From positions 160,001 to 224,000 of the forward strand of contig CAVYKI010000006.1 of NCBI GenBank assembly GCA_963769025.1: a stretch of DNA of 64,000 bases, given 5' to 3'. The notes under the pieces are model-generated. The model did not search any database. It was given only the letters and a program-made list of their open reading frames with translations, and was not told the DNA's origin. The stretch is from an uncultured Verrucomicrobiae bacterium. GTDB lineage: Bacteria > Verrucomicrobiota > Verrucomicrobiia > Chthoniobacterales > Chthoniobacteraceae. This document shows, piece after piece, positions 18,544 through 29,625 of the stretch (positions are counted from its first letter, which is position 1; each line of letters begins with the position of its first letter). The position numbers and the translations under genes are program-made.

Positions 18544-19802
18544 GATCCCGCGTAGGCGTCGCGGAGGATTTGCATCGTGTGCCGGATGGGGATGTCCGCG
18601 CCCTGTTTTGCGAGGTGCAGCTTGAGCTGCGTGAGGCAGCCGATGTTGCCCGTGGCGACGACATCCGCGCCGGTGGCGGCGATGGCGCGCGCCTTTGCCG
18701 CGCCGAGGCTCGCCGCGATTTCCGGCTGGTCGATGTTGTAGGTGCCCGCGCTGCCGCAGCAGAGGTGGGGGTCGGGAAGGTTGATGAGTTGCGCGCCGGG
18801 GATTGCGGCGAGCAGGGCCCGCGGTTCGTCGCGGACGCCTTGGGCGTTCAGCAGGTGGCACGCGTCGTGGCAGGCGATGCGCAGCGCTTTTCCTGAATCC
18901 GGAATCGGCGCGAGATCGCCGAGGCGCGCCAGGAAGACGGTGGCGTCGAGCACTCGGTGGCGGAATTTTTCCGCGGCATCCGCCAGCTCCGTGCCCGCGA
19001 GAATGAGGTGGTATTCGTGCATTCCCGAGCCGCAGCCGGCGGCGTTCGTGAGGATCGCATCCACGTCGCCGGGAAAGGCGGCGAGATTCTGCCGCGCAAA
19101 GCGCTGCGCGGAATCGATGTCGCCGACATGCCACGCGAGCGCGCCGCAGCACGCCTGCCCGCGCGGGATGACGACCTCGATGCCGTTGCGCGTGAGCACT
19201 TCGATGGTCGCGGTGTTGATGTCCGGCTCCAGCACCTGCTGCGCGCAGCCCGCGAGCAGCGCGACGCGCCCGCGGCGCTTGCCGATCGCGGGCGTGACCT
19301 CCGGCCATGTCTGGCGGGGCGGCACGTGCTCCGGGATCAGGCCGAGCATTGCGCGGAACGATTTTGGAAACAGCGGCGCCAGCGGCCGCGCAAATTTCCC
19401 GGCCCACGCGGCGACGCGAAAGCGGCCCGGATGCGGCAGCGTCGCGGAGACGATCCAGCGCCGCACGCGTTCCATGAAAGGCCGGTGCCGCTTTTTCTCC
19501 GCGAGCGCGCGGAACGGCGACAGCAGGTCGCGATAGGCCACGCCGCTCGGGCACGCAGGTTCGCACGCGAGGCAGCCGAGGCAGCGGTCCACGTGCGGCA
19601 GCGCGTCGGCGAGCGGGAGGGTGTTTTCGAGCACCTGCTTCATCAGCACGATGCGGCCGCGCGGCGTGTCCATCTCCTGACCGAGCTCGCGGTAGGTGGG
19701 GCACGCGGCGAGGCAGAAGCCGCAATGCACGCACGACTCGATCGCGCGTGCCATCGGCGCACCGAGCGGGCCGTGGGCTTCGGGTTGGATGGTGTGCAGC
19801 AC
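18540..19802 (-). CDS. glcF: Glycolate oxidase iron-sulfur subunit GlcF-like
   Basis: CVHCGFCLAACPTY and CLGCLACEPACPSGV ferredoxin motifs, plus two CCG domains (CCGAL, HDACHL, CCGSAGTYN, NIGC). GTG start. Confidence 0.88.
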   Translation of the reverse strand: MLHTIQPEAHGPLGAPMARAIESCVHCGFCLAACPTYRELGQEMDTPRGRIVLMKQVLENTLPLADALPHVDRCLGCLACEPACPSGVAYRDLLSPFRALAEKKRHRPFMERVRRWIVSATLPHPGRFRVAAWAGKFARPLAPLFPKSFRAMLGLIPEHVPPRQTWPEVTPAIGKRRGRVALLAGCAQQVLEPDINTATIEVLTRNGIEVVIPRGQACCGALAWHVGDIDSAQRFARQNLAAFPGDVDAILTNAAGCGSGMHEYHLILAGTELADAAEKFRHRVLDATVFLARLGDLAPIPDSGKALRIACHDACHLLNAQGVRDEPRALLAAIPGAQLINLPDPHLCCGSAGTYNIDQPEIAASLGAAKARAIAATGADVVATGNIGCLTQLKLHLAKQGADIPIRHTMQILRDAYAGS

Positions 19803-19804
19803 TG

Positions 19805-20674
19805 CTACTTCTCCACTTTTGGCGAGGCGTTCGCGGGCTTTTGCTCGATGAGTGCGAGGATGCTGCGCGCGGAGGCGCAGTTCTTGAACACCATCTGCAG
19901 GTTTTTCTGCTGCCCGTTTTCCTGTTCGTAATAGACGCTGTCCGTGCTCGCGACCATGCCCACGATATTCCCGCGATCGTCGAACACCGGCCCGCCGCTC
20001 GACCCGCGCGCGTAGTCGGCGGTGATGGCGAGCGCCTCGACTTTCCCGCCGGGCTTCCGCAGCAGGAAACGCCTCGCGACGATGCCCGCGCTCAGGGAGA
20101 AAAAGTGGCTGTTCGGGTGACTCCACACGCCGACGGGGGTGCCATCCGGCGCGTCGGCAGTCAGCGGCAGTGCGGTGAAGCCCGAGCCTTCGCACCGCAG
20201 GATCGCCACGTCCGCCACCGGGTCCGTCGCAAGCAGTTCCGTCACCGCGCTCATGCGTCCGTCGCCGGACATCACGACGAACGCCTCCTTGTCCGGACTG
20301 GCCACGACGTGATGATTCGTCACGAAAATGCCATCGCTCGAAATGAAGAACCCGCTCGCGCCGCCGAGGTGCCAGCGTGTGCATTTCTTGCATTTGAAGA
20401 GGCTCCCGACGATCGCGACTCCAGGCCGCACACGCGCTGCCGCGGCGGGAAGCGCTTCGCTTTTCTGCGCCAGCGGCGCGAGCGCGACATGGCAGCGGCG
20501 GCGGCTGAATTGCGCACGGAGATCGGCCGTCTTCACCGCCTTTCCCGAATCGATCAGCGCCTCGCCAAACTTCAGCAGTTCGCCTTGGAGGCGCTGGTCG
20601 TCCACCGGTTCGTCGGTGAGCGCGGCGCGGCCCGCGGTGGCGAGGGCCAGGAAAAGGAGGAGCAGGGTTTTCAT
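19805..20674 (-). CDS. Exported trypsin-like (S1) serine protease
   Basis: Signal peptide, ASGFFISSDG, and a catalytic triad in TNHHVV (His), DVAIL (Asp) and GSSGGP (Ser). Confidence 0.88.
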   Translation of the reverse strand: MKTLLLLFLALATAGRAALTDEPVDDQRLQGELLKFGEALIDSGKAVKTADLRAQFSRRRCHVALAPLAQKSEALPAAAARVRPGVAIVGSLFKCKKCTRWHLGGASGFFISSDGIFVTNHHVVASPDKEAFVVMSGDGRMSAVTELLATDPVADVAILRCEGSGFTALPLTADAPDGTPVGVWSHPNSHFFSLSAGIVARRFLLRKPGGKVEALAITADYARGSSGGPVFDDRGNIVGMVASTDSVYYEQENGQQKNLQMVFKNCASARSILALIEQKPANASPKVEK

Positions 20675-20804
20675 GGGAGGCGACGGAGCATCTGCGATTA
20701 TTTCCGCACAGGCCACACAGGATTTCCATTCCGGCGCGGCGCGAGTTTCCATTTGCCACCACTGGCTTTGGCGCGGAGGATGCGCGACTTTTTAACCAAC
20801 CCGT

Positions 20805-22055
20805 ATGAGCAATCAACGCCGCGTCGTCGTCACTGGAATCGGACTCCTCACACCTGTGGGGAATGACCTCGCGACCTTTTGGAGCAACATCACCAACGGC
20901 GTCAGCGGCGTCGGGCCTATCACGCAGTTCGACGCGACGGCGTACGACTGCAAAATCGCGGGCGAGGTGCGCGGCTTCGATCCGGTGAAATTTTTCAAGG
21001 TGCCCAAGGACGTGCGCCGTGCGGACCGCTACACGCAGCTCGCCGTCGGCGCGGCGCGGATGGCGATGGAGGACGCGGGCTTCACGGATCGCGTGACGAA
21101 TGGCGAGCGCTTCGGCTGCATGATCGGCAGCGGCATCGGCGGCCTCGCGACGCTCGAGACGCAGCACACGATTCTTTTGCAGAAGGGGCCGGGCCGGCTG
21201 TCGCCCTTCGTGATCCCGATGCTCATCAGCAACATGGCCAGCGGTACCGTCTCGATGGAGTGGGGCCTGCAGGGGCCGAACTACGCGACGACCAGCGCGT
21301 GCTCCACGAGCGCACATTCCATCGGCGAAGCGTGGCGGATGCTGCGCGAGGGGGACGCGGACATGTTCGTCGCTGGCGGGAGCGAATCCACGATCGTGCC
21401 GATGGGCGTCGGCGGATTTTCGGCGATGAAGGCGCTCAGCACGCGCAACGACGAACCGGCAAAGGCGAGCCGTCCGTGGGACCGTGACCGCGACGGATTC
21501 GTGATGGGCGAAGGCGCGGGGGTCGTCGTGCTGGAGGAACTGGAAGCCGCGAAGAAGCGCGGCGCGAAAATCTACGGCGAAATCGCCGGCTACGGCCTGA
21601 GCGCCGACGCCTACCACATGAGCGCCCCGCTGCCCGAGGGCGAAGGCGCCGCCCGCTGCATGACGATGGCGCTGCGCAAGGCCGGCCTGAACCCGACAGA
21701 CGTGGACTACGTGAACGCCCACGGCACCTCGACGCCCATGGGCGATGTGTGCGAGACAAAGGCCATCAAGCTCGTCTTCGGCGAGCACGCGAAGAAGCTG
21801 CAGGTGAGCTCCAGCAAGAGCATGACAGGCCATCTGCTCGGCGCCGCGGGCGTGGTGGAGAGCATCGTGTGCATCAAGGCCATGCAGGAGGGCGTCATCC
21901 CGCCGACCATCAATCTCGACAACCCCGGCGAAGGCTGCGACCTCGACTACGTCCCGCACACCGCCCGCGAGGGAAACCCCCGCGTGTCCATCAACAACAG
22001 CTTCGGCTTCGGCGGCCACAACGCGACGCTCGTGCTGCGGAAGTTTGAGGGCTGA
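20805..22055 (+). CDS. fabF: 3-oxoacyl-ACP synthase II
   Basis: RRVVVTGIG, SACSTS (Cys), NAHGTST, SMTGHLLGA and NSFGFGGHN. Confidence 0.97.
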   Translation: MSNQRRVVVTGIGLLTPVGNDLATFWSNITNGVSGVGPITQFDATAYDCKIAGEVRGFDPVKFFKVPKDVRRADRYTQLAVGAARMAMEDAGFTDRVTNGERFGCMIGSGIGGLATLETQHTILLQKGPGRLSPFVIPMLISNMASGTVSMEWGLQGPNYATTSACSTSAHSIGEAWRMLREGDADMFVAGGSESTIVPMGVGGFSAMKALSTRNDEPAKASRPWDRDRDGFVMGEGAGVVVLEELEAAKKRGAKIYGEIAGYGLSADAYHMSAPLPEGEGAARCMTMALRKAGLNPTDVDYVNAHGTSTPMGDVCETKAIKLVFGEHAKKLQVSSSKSMTGHLLGAAGVVESIVCIKAMQEGVIPPTINLDNPGEGCDLDYVPHTAREGNPRVSINNSFGFGGHNATLVLRKFEG

Positions 22056-22179
22056 GCCGCGACCAAGGTGTCGGGGTCAATTTTAGGCCGACGATCGAGG
22101 GAGCTTGCCGCTCCGATTCCGACGGACGCTGCGCCCTTCTCGCTTGAGGCAAACTGAGCGAAGTGCTTCCAATTCGAGA

Positions 22180-23988
22180 ATGACGGCTGGACGATTGAAG
22201 TCAGCTTGGGGGCAGGTGCGCTCAGGAACTGCCGGGCTTTTGCGCGAGGGTTTTCGCGTTGCTCCGTTGCTCGTCCTGCTGCTGCTCATCGGGATCGGCA
22301 TTCAGGGAAAGGCTTGTCGCGCGATTGCGCCGCCGATCTACGACCCGTTGCATTACATCGAAAAGGGGCAGCGATTTTTTTCGGAAATCCGCGACGATCA
22401 TTTCCCGAATCCGCTGGAGGTTCAGCCGGTATTTCGTCCGCCTGGACACATCCCTTTCTTTTTTCCGACGGGTTATCATGGCATTCAGACTTATCTGTTC
22501 TGGGCGATGTTTTCGCCATTGGCAGTCTGGCTGCTGGCGCTGTGGGTGGCGTTTCGGCCAAAGCTCAAGGGCGAGGTGAATGATGGAATTTCCCTGAGCT
22601 TGTGCGCGGGCCTCGCGGCGCTGCCGTTGTTCTTTCATTTCGAGGTCAACAATAAGGTGTCCGCAGTCTGGGTGGGCCAGTGGGGTCTGGTGGATACCCT
22701 GTGCGCGGCGATTTCCGCTCTGGCGGCAGGCTTGCTGGTCCGCGGCGTGCGCGATCGCAACCTGCTGCTCACGAGCTTGGGGTGGGGGGCGGCTGCCTAC
22801 ACGGCTTTCATCAAGCCCGCCGGGTTGATCGTCATGCTGGCCATCGGTGGGATTTGGTTGATTGAGGTGCTGCTGCAAAGGACCGCTGGTGAGGTGCCGG
22901 TTGCGCCGCGAAGAAGCCTCGGCAGATTTGTACTCGTCTCGGCACTTGCCGGCTGCGCGATCTACGGAGCGTGCGTGGCGCTCTGCCTCGCTTCGAGTTA
23001 TCTTTCGCGGGCAAATCTTTCGATGGGTTCAAACGCCACTGCGTACTTTCGAAAGGTAATGGCCGGGCGTTCGCTGGCGCAGGTGCTCGTTCCCTTCATT
23101 CGACCGACCTTCGGCTGGCATTGGTTCGTGCCACTCGCGCTTGCGTTCGGTGCCGGTTTGATCGCAGCAATTCGCAATTTCCTGAAGCACCGCCGCCACG
23201 CGCTGTTGGTTCGGTTGATCTCCGGGGCGCTTCTGCTCCTCGCTGGTTGCCTTTGGTGGTTGGGCTTTGCCGGGCCGGAGGTGCGTTATTGCTACCCGTT
23301 CATCCTGATCGTTCTGGTTTGGCTCGGCCCAGAAATACTGCCGAGTCTGCAGCGGGTCTCACTGCGCGTCCGGCGGGGCTTTGTCACCCTGTGCCTGTGG
23401 TCTCCTGCCGCGCTGGTTGTGCTCCTGTGGATGGATGCTCCGTCACGGACGGTCCAGCACGCGCTGGGCGTCAATCTTTCAAGCGGCGGTTACGCCGAAC
23501 TGGTAGCCGAAGCCAACAGGATCATCGCCGAAACGGAAGCGACCGGGCGCTCGCCGTGTGTGTATTTGATCGAAGGAGGCATGCTCGGCAAGATGGTCTA
23601 CGCGATCGACTACCTGAAGGCGGTGGAAAATCGGCGTCCACCGGCCATCCGATGGGTAAATCCGACGGACTGGCTCCGAGAGCCTGGGGTTCGGTATGCT
23701 GATGCCGAGAAGTCTGATTATGTGTACTGCCGGAAAGTGGGTTGGTTGGTGTTGCCGCCTGGATCCAAGATCAACGACTATCGCACGGAGCTCGGCGTCT
23801 TCGGCGCCTGGTTGCAAACTCTGGGGACCGCACAGGGGGTGGAGCCTACCAACAACGGCGAAACGCGCATCCTGAAAATCGTGGACCGCCCAAAATTTCA
23901 GGCGGCGTACCAAGACTTCGCCGCCATGTATGGGCATCGGCCTGAGTTTTGGAAGAACAACCCCGAGTTGTTTCCGCCCAAGCGGTAA
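22180..23988 (+). CDS. Polytopic membrane protein, possible GT-C-fold (ArnT/PMT-like) glycosyltransferase
   Basis: About 10-12 hydrophobic segments, first-loop YDP..Y, RPPG, FIKP and RY motifs, and a soluble C-terminal domain. Codon usage is atypical. Confidence 0.55.
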   Translation: MTAGRLKSAWGQVRSGTAGLLREGFRVAPLLVLLLLIGIGIQGKACRAIAPPIYDPLHYIEKGQRFFSEIRDDHFPNPLEVQPVFRPPGHIPFFFPTGYHGIQTYLFWAMFSPLAVWLLALWVAFRPKLKGEVNDGISLSLCAGLAALPLFFHFEVNNKVSAVWVGQWGLVDTLCAAISALAAGLLVRGVRDRNLLLTSLGWGAAAYTAFIKPAGLIVMLAIGGIWLIEVLLQRTAGEVPVAPRRSLGRFVLVSALAGCAIYGACVALCLASSYLSRANLSMGSNATAYFRKVMAGRSLAQVLVPFIRPTFGWHWFVPLALAFGAGLIAAIRNFLKHRRHALLVRLISGALLLLAGCLWWLGFAGPEVRYCYPFILIVLVWLGPEILPSLQRVSLRVRRGFVTLCLWSPAALVVLLWMDAPSRTVQHALGVNLSSGGYAELVAEANRIIAETEATGRSPCVYLIEGGMLGKMVYAIDYLKAVENRRPPAIRWVNPTDWLREPGVRYADAEKSDYVYCRKVGWLVLPPGSKINDYRTELGVFGAWLQTLGTAQGVEPTNNGETRILKIVDRPKFQAAYQDFAAMYGHRPEFWKNNPELFPPKR

Positions 23989-24428
23989 GCTGCTTCGCGG
24001 GCTCTCAGTCACCGGCCTTGTTCCGGTGGAGGTTGCCTTCCTTGCCGTGATGTACTGCGTGGAGGAACTCAGCGGGCGTCTCGTCTTCGCCAAAGGATCT
24101 GGTGGTTTTGACTCCCTGCATGTGCCCACGGCGCGGGCACCGAGCTTCGGCAAATTTCGGCCGTTCGCTGGCCCGGCACCGCATCCTCGCGGAATCAGAA
24201 AGGCTCATTGTTCCGTTGTCTCCCGCATACGCGCGGAAGATTTATGAAGAAACTTCTTGCCGGGTGTGGGGAGGGGGGCTAAACAGCGCGTCCCATTTTC
24301 TCCGCGCTCTGGCGTTACTCACGCGCACCGCGGTTCTGGCGACGGGCTTCACAGCCCCGAGTTGGCACCGCAGGACGTGTCGCCAGATGTGAAGGAAACG
24401 GGAAAAGTGCGGAAAGTGAGAATAGTGC

Positions 24429-24456
24429 TTGCCAAAACTTGCCCTGCTCCTAGTTT
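24429..24456 (+). promoter_or_regulatory. Putative promoter of the str/S10 superoperon
   Basis: TTGCCA-16 nt-TAGTTT about 115 nt upstream of rpsL. Confidence 0.45.
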
Positions 24457-24572
24457 CCGCGCCCCGCCGCAGGTGGCTCGCACCAAACCACGGCGGATTT
24501 GTAGTCCTTCACGGGATGTCAAAGGGTCCAGTCGGACCGGACTTTGGAGCGAACGTTAACCACAATTTTTCA

Positions 24573-24980
24573 ATGCCAACGATCAACCAGCTCGTCCGCA
24601 AGGGCCGCACGCAGGTCAAATACAAGTCGAAGTCACCGGCGCTCAAGAACTGCCCGTTCCGCCGCGGCGTCTGCCTGCAGGTGATGACCCGCACGCCCAA
24701 GAAGCCGAACTCCGCTCTCCGCAAGGTCGCGAAGGTCCGGCTGACGAACGGCTTTGAAGTGATCGCCTACATCCCTGGTGAAGGCCACAATCTGCAGGAG
24801 CACTCGATCGTGCTCGTGCGTGGCGGCCGTGTGAAGGATCTTCCCGGTGTCCGTTATCATATCGTCCGCGGCACGCTGGACTCCCTCGGAGTCGAGGGTC
24901 GCCGCCGCAGCCGTTCCAAGTACGGTGCCAAGCGTCCGAAGGCCGGTGCAGCCGCCGCTGCGGGTGCGAAGAAGAAGTAA
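24573..24980 (+). CDS. rpsL: 30S ribosomal protein S12
   Basis: [21 protein letters not shown] and [10 protein letters not shown]. Confidence 0.99.
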   Translation: MPTINQLVRKGRTQVKYKSKSPALKNCPFRRGVCLQVMTRTPKKPNSALRKVAKVRLTNGFEVIAYIPGEGHNLQEHSIVLVRGGRVKDLPGVRYHIVRGTLDSLGVEGRRRSRSKYGAKRPKAGAAAAAGAKKK

Positions 24981-24999
24981 GCTAACCAATTTTACCGCC

Positions 25000-25470
25000 A
25001 TGTCACGTCGTCGTCGCGTCATTCACAAGGAAGAGAAACTGGACAGCCGTTATGGCTCGCCTCTCGTCGCCCGCCTCATCGGCACGGTGATGAAGAGCGG
25101 CAAGAAGTCGCTCGCCGAGCGCATCGTCTATGACGCCATCGAGCAGAGCCGCCAGGGCAGCGATGCCGTCGATCCGCTCGAGACGCTGAACAAGGCCATC
25201 GAGAACGTGAAGCCGCGCCTCGAAGTGAAGAGCCGCCGCGTCGGTGGTGCCACCTACCAGGTGCCGATGGAAGTCGCGCCCGCCCGTGCGGTGGCGCTCG
25301 CGTTCCGCTGGATCGTCAATTACGCCTCGGCCCGCAAGGGCTCCTTCAAGAAGGCGCTCGCCACCGAACTCAAGGAAGCCGCCGCAGGGCAGGGGAACGC
25401 GATCAAGAAGCGCGACGACACCCACAAGATGGCGCAGGCCAACCGCGCTTTCGCCCACTTCCGCTTCTAG
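25000..25470 (+). CDS. rpsG: 30S ribosomal protein S7
   Basis: [15 protein letters not shown] and [14 protein letters not shown]. Confidence 0.99.
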   Translation: MSRRRRVIHKEEKLDSRYGSPLVARLIGTVMKSGKKSLAERIVYDAIEQSRQGSDAVDPLETLNKAIENVKPRLEVKSRRVGGATYQVPMEVAPARAVALAFRWIVNYASARKGSFKKALATELKEAAAGQGNAIKKRDDTHKMAQANRAFAHFRF

Positions 25471-25504
25471 CCCCCGACGAAACCAAACTCTCGCCGCGCT
25501 ACCC

Positions 25505-27691
25505 ATGTCTTCCGCCGTCGCCGCAAAACCAGCATCCAATCCGAACTCGCCTGATCGTGCGTATCCGCTCGAGAAGACGCGCAACATCGGCATCGCCGCG
25601 CACATCGACGCCGGCAAGACGACGCTGACCGAGCGAATCCTTTTCTACACCGGCATGATCCACAAGATCGGCGAGGTGCATGAGGGCACGACCGCCACCG
25701 ACTGGATGGAGCAGGAGCGTGAGCGTGGCATCACGATCACTTCCGCCGCGACGACCTGCTTCTGGGAGCAGCAGCAAGCAGGAGGGCGTGCTGAAGCTTT
25801 ACGAGGCGCAGAAGATGCGGGTGAACATCATCGACACCCCCGGTCACGTGGATTTCACGGCCGAGGTGGAGCGCTCGCTCCGCGTGCTCGACGGCGCGAT
25901 CTGCGGTGTTCTGCGCGGTCGCCGGTGTGCAGCCGCAGTCCGAGACGGTCTGGCGCCAGGCGACGAAGTATGGCGTGCCGCGCATCGCGTTCGTCAACAA
26001 GATGGACCGCACCGGTGCGAACTTCGACAACGCGCTGAACGACATGCGCACGAAGCTGAGGGCGAATGCCTGGCCGGTCCTGATCCCGATCGGCGCCGAG
26101 GATCACCTCAAGCGGCCAGATCGACATCATCAACCAGCAAGGCCGATCGTCTATCTCGACGACGACAAGATGGGATCGACCTACGTGGTCGAGGAACTCG
26201 ACGAGGCGCGGCAAGGCCATCGCTGACGAGGCCTACGCCGTGATCTCGATCGCCGCGCTGTGCGATATCGATGACGAGATCGGGCACGGCGTTCCTCGAG
26301 GAGAAGCCGATCAGCGCCCGAGATGATCAAGCAGGCCATCCGCCGCGCTGACCATCGCCAACAAATTTGTCCCCGTCGTCGGCGGTTCCGCCTTCAAGAA
26401 CAAGGGCGTGCAGTATCTCGTGGACGCGGTCATCGACTATCTCCCGTCGCCGCTCGACATCCCGCCGCAGCAGGGCATCAATCCCGACAACCTCGAGGAG
26501 AAGATCCCCGCGCCGCCGGACGACACCGCGAAGTTCGTCGGCCTCGCGTTCAAGCTCTGGAGCGATCCTTTCGTCGGCAAGCTCGTGTTCTTCCGCGTCT
26601 ATCGCGGCAAGCTCAAGCAAGGGCGACACCATTTACAATCCCGCGCACCCGCAAGAGCGAGCGCGTCAGCCGCCTGATTCAGATTCAGGCCGACAAGCAC
26701 GAGGATATTGATACCTGCTACTCCGGCGACATCGCCGCCATCGTCGGCCTGCGGAACATCACCACCGGCGACACGCTTTGCGACGAGGACGTCGAGATCA
26801 TGCTCGAGCCGCCGTCCTTCCCTGACCCGGTCATCAGCATGTCCGTCGAGCCGAAGACCAAGGAGGACCAGGAAAAGATGAGCATCGCTCTCCAGCGCCT
26901 CTCTGAGGAAGATCCGACCTTCCGCGTCCACACCGACGAGGAGACCGGCCAGACGATCATCGCCGGCATGGGCGAGCTCCACCTGGAAATCATCCGCGAC
27001 CGCATGCTCCGCGAGTTCAAGGTCGAGGCCAACTCCGGCAAGCCGCAGATCGCCTACCGCGAGACCATCACCAAGCCCGCGAACGGCGACGGCAAGCTCA
27101 TCAAGCAGTCCGGCGGCCGCGGTCAGTATGGCCACGTCATCGTCGACGTCCGCCCCGGCGAGCGCGGCAAGGGCATCATCATCGAGAACAAGGTTGTCGG
27201 CGGAACGATTCCGAAGGATTACATCCCGGCGTGCAAGAAGGGCATCGAAGAAGCGGTGCTCAACGGCGTCCTCGGCGGCTACCCGGTGATCGATGTCGAA
27301 GTGGACATCATCGACGGCAGCTACCACGACGTGGACTCGAACGAAATGGCCTTCAAGATGGCCGCGATTTTCGCAGTGAAGGACGCGTTCAAGAAGGCCA
27401 AGTCCATTCTGCTCGAGCCCATCATGAAGGTCGAGAACACCACTCCGGAAGACTACCAGGGCGACATCATGGGCGACCTCAACCGCCGCCGCGGCGTGAT
27501 CCAGGGCATGGAGTCCAAGAATGGCCTCTGCCTCATCAATGCGCGAGGTGCCGCTCGCCGAAATGTTCGGCTACTCCACCGCCATCCGCTCACTTTCCAA
27601 GGGGCGCTCCAGCTACTCGATGGAGCCTTCCCACTTCGAGCAGGTGCCTGAAAACGTGAAGGCCGCTGTGCTCGACCAGAAGGGCAAATAA
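25505..27691 (+). CDS. fusA: Elongation factor G (multiple frameshifts, probably sequencing errors)
   Basis: [36 protein letters not shown] and DGSYHDVDS across successive frames. Confidence 0.97.
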
Positions 27692-27703
27692 CTCACACAC
27701 GCC

Positions 27704-28013
27704 ATGAACGGACAACGCATTCGCATTCGCCTCAAGGCATTCGACCACCGCGTGCTCGACGCATCGGCCATCGACATCGTCGAGACCGCCAAGCGCACCG
27801 GCGCCCGCGTCGCCGGTCCGATCCCGCTCCCGACCCGCATCGAGAAATTCACCGTCAACCGCTCGCCGCACGTGGACAAGAAGTCCATGGATCAGTTTGA
27901 AATCCGCACCCACAAGCGCCTGCTCGACATCATCGAGCCGACCGCCAAGACCGTGGATGAGCTGCAGGAAGCTCAACCTGCCCGCCGGCGTGGACATCAC
28001 CATCAAGATCTAA
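27704..28013 (+). CDS. rpsJ: 30S ribosomal protein S10 (frameshift near 27965)
   Basis: [27 protein letters not shown] and [11 protein letters not shown]. Confidence 0.98.
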
Positions 28014-28019
28014 CCAGCG

Positions 28020-28715
28020 ATGAAGATTGGACTATTGGGCAAGAAACTCGGAATGACCCGCGTCTATGACGACAAGGGTTGCGTCACCGCCGTGACGGTC
28101 ATCGAAGCGGGTGGCAACACCGTGCTCCAGAAGAAGACGATGGAGAACGATGGCTACAACGGCCTCCAGGTCGGCTTCGACATGCAGAAGGAGCACCGCG
28201 TCACCAAGCAGATGCTCGGACACTTTAAGAAGGCAAACTCGGAGCCGAAGCGCTACATCCGCGAGTTCCGCCTCCCGGACGGCGTGAAGCTCGACGAGGC
28301 GCTGGATCTGAGCGTGAATCACTTCGCCGTCGGCGACGTTGTGGACGTCATCGGCCAGAGCAAGGGTCATGGATTTCAGGGCGTCATGAAGAAGCACAAC
28401 ATGGGCGGCCAGCCCGCTTCGCACGGTCACATGATGCACCGCCGGAATGGCGCAATCGGCAACCGTTCGACCCCCGGTCGCGTGTGGAAGAACATGGGCA
28501 TGCCCGGTCACATGGGCGACGAGCGCATCACGGTGCAGAACCTGCGCATCGTGCAGGTGAACACGGATGATAACTGCATTCTCGTGAGCGGTGCGATCCC
28601 GGGCAAGCCTGGGTGCTACGTCGTCATCCGTCCCGCGAAGAAGGTGAAGACGGTGAACCCGGAGACCCTGAAACAGGCGGCAAAGAAGGCGTCCAAGGCG
28701 GCAGCCAAGAAGTAA
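28020..28715 (+). CDS. rplC: 50S ribosomal protein L3
   Basis: [15 protein letters not shown] and GMPGHMG. Confidence 0.98.
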   Translation: MKIGLLGKKLGMTRVYDDKGCVTAVTVIEAGGNTVLQKKTMENDGYNGLQVGFDMQKEHRVTKQMLGHFKKANSEPKRYIREFRLPDGVKLDEALDLSVNHFAVGDVVDVIGQSKGHGFQGVMKKHNMGGQPASHGHMMHRRNGAIGNRSTPGRVWKNMGMPGHMGDERITVQNLRIVQVNTDDNCILVSGAIPGKPGCYVVIRPAKKVKTVNPETLKQAAKKASKAAAKK

Positions 28716-28717
28716 AA

Positions 28718-29330
28718 ATGAGCGCTACTATTCTAACTCCCGAAGCGGCGAAGGCCGCGAATATCGAGGTCATCACCAACGGCAAGTACACCCAGGCTGT
28801 GCACGACACCGTGGTCGCCTACCGCGCAAACCGCCGCAGCGGCACCGCGAGTGTGAAGACCAAGGCCACCGTGAGCGGTTCCGGCGCGAAGCCGTGGAAC
28901 CAGAAGGGCACCGGCCGCGCCCGTGCCGGCTACAAATCGAGCCCCATCTGGAGTGGCGGCGGCGTGGTCTTTGGCCCGCATCCCCGCTCTTACGCGAAGA
29001 AGGTTTCCAAGAAGACCCGCCGAATCGCGCTGCGCAAGGCGCTGAGTGCCCGCATCCTCGACGGCGATGTGCTGGTGGTCCCGAACTTCGTCGGTCGCAA
29101 CGCCGAAGACGAAGGAATTCGTGAAGCTGATCGGCGGAATCTCGCCGGAGGCAAAGACGCTGATTATCGCCAGCGACTTCGACGAGAACACGCGTCTCGC
29201 CGCCCGCAACGTCCAGCCAGCCTGCCTGACCAGCGCAGCCGACGTGAACTCCGAAAACCTGCTCGCCTTCAAGAAGATCGTCATCACCAACGACGCTCTC
29301 GCTCAACTCGCTGAACGCATCAACAAATGA
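28718..29330 (+). CDS. rplD: 50S ribosomal protein L4 (frameshift near 29092)
   Basis: KPWNQKGTGRARAG and GGGVVFGP. Confidence 0.97.
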
Positions 29331-29613
29331 ACGAGCCATACGACATCATTCAAAACGTTCACCTGACCGAGAAGAGCAGCATCCTCTCGGAGAAGGGGAA
29401 CCAGTACGTGTTCCGCGTGCAGCCGACGGCGAACAAGGTGCAGATCCGCCAGGCCATCGAGAAGCTCTTCAAGAAGAAGGTCATCCGCGTGAACACCGCT
29501 CAACTGCTTCGGCAAAGCCAAGCGCGGACGCACCGCAGCATCCCGGTCGCACGAGCGATTGGAAGAAGGCCATCGTCACTCTCGCGCCCGGCGACAAAAT
29601 CGAACTCGCCTAA
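29327..29613 (+). CDS. rplW: 50S ribosomal protein L23 (frameshifted)
   Basis: [19 protein letters not shown] and WKKAIVTL. Confidence 0.95.
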
Positions 29614-29625
29614 AGGAGACACACC

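Noticed and set aside
20380..20400. CKKC in the protease as a c-type heme site
   Set aside because: The motif is CxxCT, not CxxCH.
18540..22019. 1159-aa ORF as a giant GlcF fusion
   Set aside because: Only 19802-18540 is GlcF-like. The rest is antisense to fabF and an alternate frame of the protease, left open by high GC.
24005..24208. Short minus-strand ORF (MQGVKTTRSFGEDETPAEFLHAVHHGKEG...)
   Set aside because: Too short and without a recognisable motif; cannot be supported from sequence alone.
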